Below are positions 1 to 7,107 of a stretch of DNA of 10,460 nt, piece by piece. The number at the start of each line of letters is the position of its first letter. Positions within the stretch are counted from its first letter, which is position 1. Source of the DNA: Fonticula alba ATCC 38817 (lineage: Eukaryota > Protista > Nucleariida); assembly GCA_000388065.2 (NCBI GenBank), contig KB932217.1. One strand, written 5' to 3'. The notes beneath the pieces were generated by a model. That model saw only the letters and a program-made list of their open reading frames with translations. It ran no database searches and had not been told where the DNA came from. A program made the translations under genes and the position numbers.

Positions 1-1185
1 CCTGCCGTCCCCGCCGTTCCTGCCGCCGGGCGGCCGGCGAGAGGCGCGAGAGTGCCGAGCGCAGGGCCGAATCATTAACCGACCGATCCCCCCCCCGGCC
101 AGGCGCGCGGCCCGGGCGACCGTCGCGCGGAGCCGGCTCACAGACAGCTGCTTGCGTGCATGTGCGGGCGTTCCCCCGCCCCCGCACCGGGGGCAGGGCG
201 CGTCGGCACCGCCCGGCCGGCGTCCCCCCCGTCAACAACAGGCAGCCCATGCACACAGACACACACACACCACACATGCGCGCGCAGCATACCCCCGGTG
301 TGAAAGCCGGCGCGCGGAGCAGCTGCCGGCGCAGCGCCCCAATCGGCGGCGGACATGTGCCCACGAATTCGGGCTTTGCCGCCCCCCAACATGCGCCCGG
401 CCCGGAAGCGCACTCCGCCGGCCCTCTGCTCGAATATTCCCCCCCCCCCCCGGCCGGCCGGCCGGCCACCCTGGCCGCCGGCGAGGGACCGCCCGCGGAG
501 CGCGCCCCCAGCACCCGCCGGCTGGCGCACCAGAACCCCTCCGGAACCCAGCGTCCCCCGCCCCCCGTTGTGCACGCCCCGGCCGCGCGCACCCAGGCAG
601 GGCGGGGACGCCCCGTACCGGGAATCCCCCGGCCGGAGCGCTCCCCCGCCCCCCCCCGCCCCCCCCCCCCGGTCCTCCATGCCTCCGCCGGACGGCGGGG
701 CGTTGTCTGTCCTTCGGCCCGCGGCCTGGCGGGTGCCGGACGGGGGGGCAGGGGGGGCAGGGCGGGCGGCTCTGTCGGCGGGGACGGGGAGACACATTCT
801 TCGTGCCCGGAGGCCCAGGGGCCCCGCCGCCCGGGGGAGGTGCGTGTGCTCAGGCTCACGGTGCCCGGCGCCCGGCGCGCCGCCCCGCCACAATGGCGAT
901 GCGCCAGCGCCCCCCGGCAGAGGCCGGGGGCATGCCCCGCCACGCGCCCCGGCTCGGGCCTCCCCCCGGACCGGTGCGACAGCCGCCGGCGTTCGTGCGA
1001 GCACCCTCGCGCCCAGTGCCGTACACACAGGCCGGGCGCCGCCACCGGCGCGGCCGCCGTGTCCAAGGCAGCGCCAGGTCGGGGCGCGCTCCGACCCCCC
1101 CCCCCCCCGGTCCCGCGCCCCTGGCCCGCTCCAACGGCGTACCCCGCATATGTGTGTTGTGTGTGTGTATGCCGTGCCCCCAACG

Positions 1186-1779
1186 NNNNNNNNNNNNNNN
1201 NNNNNNNNNNNNNNNNNNNNNNNNNNNNNNNNNNNNNNNNNNNNNNNNNNNNNNNNNNNNNNNNNNNNNNNNNNNNNNNNNNNNNNNNNNNNNNNNNNNN
1301 NNNNNNNNNNNNNNNNNNNNNNNNNNNNNNNNNNNNNNNNNNNNNNNNNNNNNNNNNNNNNNNNNNNNNNNNNNNNNNNNNNNNNNNNNNNNNNNNNNNN
1401 NNNNNNNNNNNNNNNNNNNNNNNNNNNNNNNNNNNNNNNNNNNNNNNNNNNNNNNNNNNNNNNNNNNNNNNNNNNNNNNNNNNNNNNNNNNNNNNNNNNN
1501 NNNNNNNNNNNNNNNNNNNNNNNNNNNNNNNNNNNNNNNNNNNNNNNNNNNNNNNNNNNNNNNNNNNNNNNNNNNNNNNNNNNNNNNNNNNNNNNNNNNN
1601 NNNNNNNNNNNNNNNNNNNNNNNNNNNNNNNNNNNNNNNNNNNNNNNNNNNNNNNNNNNNNNNNNNNNNNNNNNNNNNNNNNNNNNNNNNNNNNNNNNNN
1701 NNNNNNNNNNNNNNNNNNNNNNNNNNNNNNNNNNNNNNNNNNNNNNNNNNNNNNNNNNNNNNNNNNNNNNNNNNNNNNN
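1186..1779. other. Assembly gap (594 N)
   Basis: Run of N. Confidence 1.
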
Positions 1780-1864
1780 CCCCCTCCCCGCCGCCCTTCC
1801 CCGCACCTGGCCTTCCCCCGTTGCGTGAGAGCAACCACCCCCCCGCACACACACCAAAGGCACC

Positions 1865-3106
1865 ATGGCTACGAAGCAGCTCGACGACTGGATTGAGATC
1901 GTCCGGGAGTGCAAGTACCTGCCCGAGCAGGATCTCCGTCGCCTGTGCGACCTGGTGCGTCGAGAGCCCGTGCATCTCCCGCCCCCTTTCGCCTCCACGC
2001 CCGGCCCCCGCTTACCCCCCTTCGGGTCTCCTGCCCTCGCCGCTGTCGCCACCCTCGTCGGACCGCCCCAGGTCAAGGAGATCCTCATGGAGGAGTCCAA
2101 CATCCAGCCCGTTTCTACTCCAGTCACCATTTGCGGCGATGTGCACGGCCAGTTCCCGGACCTGCTGCAGCTGTTCCGCACCGGTGGCGAGGTCCCGGAC
2201 ACGTCGTACATCTTCATGGTATGTCCCCCGCCCCCCGGCGCGGCCGCTGCCCCGCATGTGCCTGTTGCCACTGACTCTCTCTCTCTCTCCCCCCCCCCAC
2301 ACACACACATGCACACGTATATGCACACGCCCATCCGTCCGTCTCTCCGCCGCCCCTCGCCCCCAGGGTGACTACGTTGACCGTGGCTACTACAGCCTGG
2401 AGACCTTCACCTACCTCATGTGCCTGAAGGCCCGCTACCCGGACCGCATCACCCTCCTGCGCGGGAACCACGAGAGCCGGCAGATCACCCAGACCTATGG
2501 CTTCTACGGTGCGTCCCCGGGGCGCGCTCCCCCCTCCCCCCTCTCCGCCCGCCTCCTGGGCCGCTGCCCGCCGCCACCGACTGACCGACCCCGCCGCCAC
2601 GCCTGCGCCGCCTGGCCTCCTCCCGCCACGCAGACGAGTGCATGAAGAAGTACGGCAACGCCAGCGCCTGGAAGAACTGCTGCTCCGTCTTCGACTACCT
2701 TTCGGTCACCGCCGTGCGTTTGCCCCCCTCCTCCCCCTCCTCCTTGCCCTCCATGCGGCAGCGCGCGCACCCACACACGCACCCACACTCACACGACCCC
2801 CTAGCTCGTTGATGGCCGCGTCTTCTGCGTCCACGGCGGCCTGTCGCCGGACATCCGCACCCTGGACAAGATCCACACCATCCAGCGCTGCCGCGAGATC
2901 CCCCACGAGGGCGCCTTCTGCGACCTGATGTGGTCCGACCCGGACACCAGCCTCGAGAACTGGACCATCAGCCCCCGCGGCGCCGGCTGGCTCTTCGGGT
3001 CGAAGGTTACCTCGGAGGTGCGCACCCCCCAACCGCGCCCCCTGCCGACGCACCCTCGGGGCCCTCGGCCTTTTCCTGACCACAACTCCCTCCGCTCACA
3101 CTCCAC

Positions 3107-3201
<95 letters not shown>

Positions 3202-3465
3202 GCCGGTCGGCAGTTCACCCACGTCAACGGGCTACAGCTGATCGCCCGCGCGCACCAGCTCGTCAACGAGGGCCACAAGTTCCTCTTCGACGACTGCAAC
3301 CTCGTGACCGTGTGGTCGGCGCCGAACTACTGCTACCGCTGTGGCAACGTCGCATCCATCATGACCCTGCGCGAGGACCTGGAGCCCACCTTCAAGACCT
3401 TCGAGGCCGTGGCCTCGGAGCTCAGCGTCGAGCCGCCCCGCCTCTACATCCCTTACTTCCTGTGA
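1865..3465 (+). CDS. PPP6C: Serine/threonine protein phosphatase 6 catalytic subunit (PP6c / SIT4 / Ppe1 ortholog), 6 exons, 307 aa
   Basis: Manual splicing gives exons 1865-1954, 2072-2218, 2367-2508, 2634-2713, 2805-3017 and 3214-3465, forming an uninterrupted 307-aa ORF; all introns are GT..AG. PPP catalytic motifs are intact: [38 protein letters not shown] and C-terminal YFL. PP6-diagnostic segments include [11 protein letters not shown] and [17 protein letters not shown] (PP4 and PP2A have GAGY). Start context is caccATGG. Confidence 0.96.
1955..2071 (+). other. PP6 intron 1 (117 nt, phase 0, in-frame and stop-free)
   Basis: GTGCGT...CAG; removal joins LCDL to [10 protein letters not shown] as in PP6 homologs. 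Confidence 0.92.
2219..2366 (+). other. PP6 intron 2 (148 nt, phase 0)
   Basis: GTATGT...CTGAC...CAG; joins YIFM to GDYVDRG. Confidence 0.95.
2509..2633 (+). other. PP6 intron 3 (125 nt, phase 1)
   Basis: GTGCGT...CTGAC...CAG; restores [11 protein letters not shown]. Confidence 0.95.
2714..2804 (+). other. PP6 intron 4 (91 nt, phase 0)
   Basis: GTGCGT...TAG; joins YLSVTA to [12 protein letters not shown]. Confidence 0.93.
3018..3213 (+). other. PP6 intron 5 (196 nt, phase 0) containing an 85-nt poly-C run
   Basis: GTGCGC...CTGAC...C85...CAG; joins KVTSE to FTHVNG. Confidence 0.93.
3115..3199. repeat. Poly-C homopolymer (85 nt)
   Basis: Uninterrupted C run in PP6 intron 5. Confidence 0.95.
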
Positions 3466-3600
3466 AAGTGGCTGGTGGACCCCCGTCGCATGCTTGATGC
3501 CTCCCTCCTGCCTCCCTCCCTGTGCCCTGTCACATGGCACGCAAGTGTTCTTTCTTTCTTATCCCCCCCCCCCTCCTTCTCCTCTTCTTCCTCTCCCTCA

Positions 3601-3628
3601 GCGTGCGCGCGCGCGCGCGCGCGTGCGT
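3601..3628. repeat. (GC)n alternating purine-pyrimidine tract; a second one is a 20-bp perfect palindrome at 3737-3756
   Basis: gcgtgcgcgcgcgcgcgcgcgcgtgcgt and cgcgcgcgtgcacgcgcgcg. Confidence 0.85.
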
Positions 3629-3775
3629 CCATGTCCTTCCTTGTGTGTCCCTCTCCTCTCTGGCACCTCGGCGCGCGTGCGCGACCCGCGCATCCTCCCC
3701 CGCCGCCGGGCAGCATGAGAGAGACAGAGAGGAAAACGCGCGCGTGCACGCGCGCGCATCCCCCTCCTCAGACCC

Positions 3776-3801
3776 AAAACAAATACACATATACATACAA
3801 A
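3776..3801. terminator. AT-rich island midway between the two convergent stop codons; candidate shared 3'-end formation signal
   Basis: aaaacaaatacacatatacatacaaa is the most AT-rich patch in the 695-nt intergenic region; 3'-end function is inferred. Confidence 0.3.
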
Positions 3802-4160
3802 GAGCACGCGTTCCCACGGGAAACGCCCGACATGGCAGAGAGAAAAGGAGAAAGAGGGAGAGAGAGAGAGAGAGAAGAGTGCGCTCGTGTGAAGGACAAG
3901 GGGCGTGTGTATTGTGTGCCGTGCCTGCCCTCCTCCCTCGCAGGGGAGGAGCGGGAGGGCCGTGCTCGCGTGCACACTGACGCACACGGTCCACGTCTGC
4001 GCGATTGCAGCAGGAAAGGACCGGGCGGCCGCCAAAGGCAGGGGGGGGGGAGGAGGAGCGAAGGGAGGGCAGCTCAAGGAGGAAACAAGGATCGAGTGCA
4101 AGGCGACGAGGAGTGGAGGAGGGGGAGGGGGGGGGGCAGCAAGGAGGAGAGGGAACTCGG

Positions 4161-4341
4161 CTACACCGCGCCCGGGCCCGGGGACAGGCGCTGGCGCTTG
4201 GGGCTGGGCAGGGTCGCGGCCGCGAGCAGCGGCGACCCGGCAAAGTCGACATGCGACCGCACATGGAACTGAGGCGAGGACATGCTCGACGCGGGCCCCG
4301 AGGGGGAGAAGGAGCCGGCCGACGGGCCGCCACTGGCTGTC

Positions 4342-4384
<43 letters not shown>

Positions 4385-7072
4385 AGGACCCCCCCAGCGC
4401 CGGGGGGGCCCCCCCGGGGGGATTGCTGCTCAGGGCCGGGGTCAGGCCCGGAACCGATGGCGAGGGGGGGGTCGACAGACCGGCATTGGCGGCCGCCGCC
4501 TCGGCCGCCGCCGCCAGCAGGGCCGACCCCGACAAGGACCCGGCCTGCGAGGACCCGGCCATCCCGGGGCTGCCCTGCTGCAGCGACAGCAACAACGCCG
4601 TGGTGGCCTCCTGAGTCAGGGCGCCCATCAAGAGGGCCGGGGTCAGGACGGCGGCGGCCGGGGCCGGGGCCGGGGCCGGGGCTGGAGCTGGGGCCGGGAC
4701 CGAAGTGGGAACTTCGATCGAAACTGAGGTCGAAGACAAGGTCGGGGCTGGNNNNNNNNNNCGGGGCTGGAGCTGGGGCCGGGACCGAAGTGGGAACTTC
4801 GATCGAAACTGAGGTCGAAGACAAGGTCGGGGCTGGGGCCGAAGCCGCAGCCGAGGTCGGGACCGAGCTCGGGGACAAGGTCGGAGCCGGAGCCGGAGCC
4901 GCGCCCGGAGCCGCGCCCGGAGCCGAGGCAGGGGTCACCGCGGGGCTCGAGGCTGCCGGGGCTCCCTGGGCCGAGGCCGAAGGCGCCTGGACCGGCGCCG
5001 CCGCAGGAGTCGCGGCCGAAGCGGCGGTCGGCCCGGTGGCCGCCGACGCCCCAGCCCCGCCGGAGGACTTGGCGCCCGGCCCAGCGGCACGGCCCTGCTG
5101 CTGCTGCTGCTGCTGCTGCTGCTTGGGGGTGCTGCTGCTGGCGGGCCCGCCGGCAGGGCTGCCGGCGCGCGATTGCGACCGCGGCGTCGACGGCGCCGAC
5201 AGGGTCCGCAGCCGGCGCCGGTAGATGCCATCCTGGTCGAAGAGGTGCTCGCTCTGCGGGTCGATGGTCCAGAAGGACCCCTTGCCGGGCTCGCCCTCCT
5301 CGCGGGCCACCCGCAAGAAGGCCTTGTTGAGGGACAGATTGTGGCGGATGGAATTCTGCCACCCCCCGGGCGAGGTGGAATACCGGTAGAAGGCGTAGTG
5401 CTTGGAAATGTGCGCATAAATCCCGGCCAGGGTCATGCGCCGCTCCGGCACCGAGAGAATGGCCCGGGCAATCAGCGACGCATAGGACAAGGGCGGCTTG
5501 CGATCCGCGCAATTCCGGAACTCCTCATCCGTGAAGGGGGTCCCGCCCCCGCCGGGAGTGGAGGACCCGGCCGGGCCGCCACCGCCGGAAGACGCCCCGC
5601 GCCCGGGAGGAGATGCCACCAGCCCGGCCGCCAGCGCGCCCGGCTGCTGCGACCCGGCCGGGTGCTGCGACCCGGCGGAGGGGCCGCCACTGCCGGCGGG
5701 CCCGGCCCCCGCCGACGACTTACCACCGACACCCGAGCTGGGACCGCCGCCGGCCGAGGCAGACGGCGGCTGGCTGCGCACGGTAACCGACTTGGCTGGG
5801 CGCCCGGTGGACCGGGCCGCCGCCGTGGCCGCTGCCGCTGGCGATGGCGACATGCCCGAGCCCGAGCCCGAGCCCGAGCCGGTGGCTGTGGTGCTGGCCG
5901 CGGCCGGCGAGTCGCCAGAACGGCCGGCCAGTCGCCCGCGGCCGGTGCCGGAGGCCGGGCGCCCGGCGCCGCCACCGCGCTTCCGACCGCCCGCGGTCGG
6001 GGTGGCAGCCGCGGCAGACCCGCCACTCGTCGAAGAGGGGATCGTCGGTGCGGAGACCCCGCTGCCGGGCGAGGAGCCCGGGGCGCCGGCCAGGCCGACG
6101 GCCGCCCCGCCGGCGGCCGACCCGCCCGTGGGCCCGCCGAGGCCAAGCCCGGCTGCGAAGCCACCGGCCGTCGCGCCGCCACCGGCCCCGGCCCCGGCCA
6201 AGGGCATCACATACAGCATGGAGGAAGGATCACCCGCCCCCGAGACCGGGCCGGCCGGCGTGGGGGGCGACGATTGCGAAAGGATTTCCGCGATCTGGGC
6301 CAATTGCGACAGGGAATGGGGAGGAGAGGCACCGGGCCCGGCCATGATGGTGGCCGCCGGCGCCGTCGCCGCCGCCGCCGCCGCCGCCGGCGAGGGGGCG
6401 CTCGGCGGGACCGGGCTCGCGCCCGCGCCCGCGCCCGCGCCCGACCCCGACAAGCTCGAGTCCCCGGCCGACAGCAGCCCGGCATCGGTCGCGAAGACCA
6501 GCCCCGCCTGGTGGCTCGGGCCCGCCGGGCGCAGACCGGCCGCCAGGGGCCCGGCACCCAGCCCGGCCGCCATGTCCGCCGGGATCCACGTACGCCCGGC
6601 GGCGCTGGGCCCGGGCACGGTGCCGGCCCCGACCGGGGCCATGACCATCGGCCCCGGGCCGGAGGCCGATGCCGAAGCCGTCGCCATCGACAGGGCCTGC
6701 TGCAGGAGGGTCAGCTGCTCGAGGGACAGGCCGCCCCTGGAGGCCTGGCCGTCGGCCAGCATGGCCTGCAGTGCCGACAGCAGGCCAGGGGGCAGGCCGT
6801 TCGGCAGCAGGGGCCCCGACGAGGAGCCGCCGCTGGCACCGGCGTCCAGGAAGTTGCCAGGCAGACTGCCCGTCAGGCCAGCCGTGTGCATGGCTGCCTG
6901 TGGCAGGGTCGTGAATGCCGGCTGTGGCTGCTGCTGCTGCTGCTGCTGTTGCTGGGGTACGGAGGCGCCAGCCGCAAACAAGAGCCCGTTGACCCCGGAC
7001 CCAAGGCCGGTCAGTTGGGTCGGAGCCTGAGCCTGTGCCTGCTGCTGCTGCTGCTGTTGCTGTTGCTGTTGT

Positions 7073-7107
<35 letters not shown>

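Noticed and set aside
138-2645. Long ORFs of 490-830 aa spanning 138-2645 on both strands
   Set aside because: They run through the 594-N gap and GC-rich, stop-poor sequence. The only protein-like parts are PP6 exons read in passing.
3109-3213. Poly-proline and poly-glycine ORFs over the C-run
   Set aside because: Translation of an intronic homopolymer.
1955-3213. GTGCGT-starting introns as introner-type mobile elements
   Set aside because: The introns share no sequence beyond splice signals and simple repeats, show no terminal repeats, and several appear to sit at ancient positions.
3598-4751. C-terminal ~385 aa of the 1541-aa minus-strand ORF
   Set aside because: Off-frame read-through caused by the 85-nt duplication and gap; it translates microsatellites (poly-R, ARARAR) and the intergenic region.
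4677-4836. 75-bp direct repeat as a CRISPR repeat, LTR or target-site duplication
   Set aside because: Only two copies abutting an N-gap inside a coding exon, and collapsing them restores the frame, which is the signature of a contig overlap.
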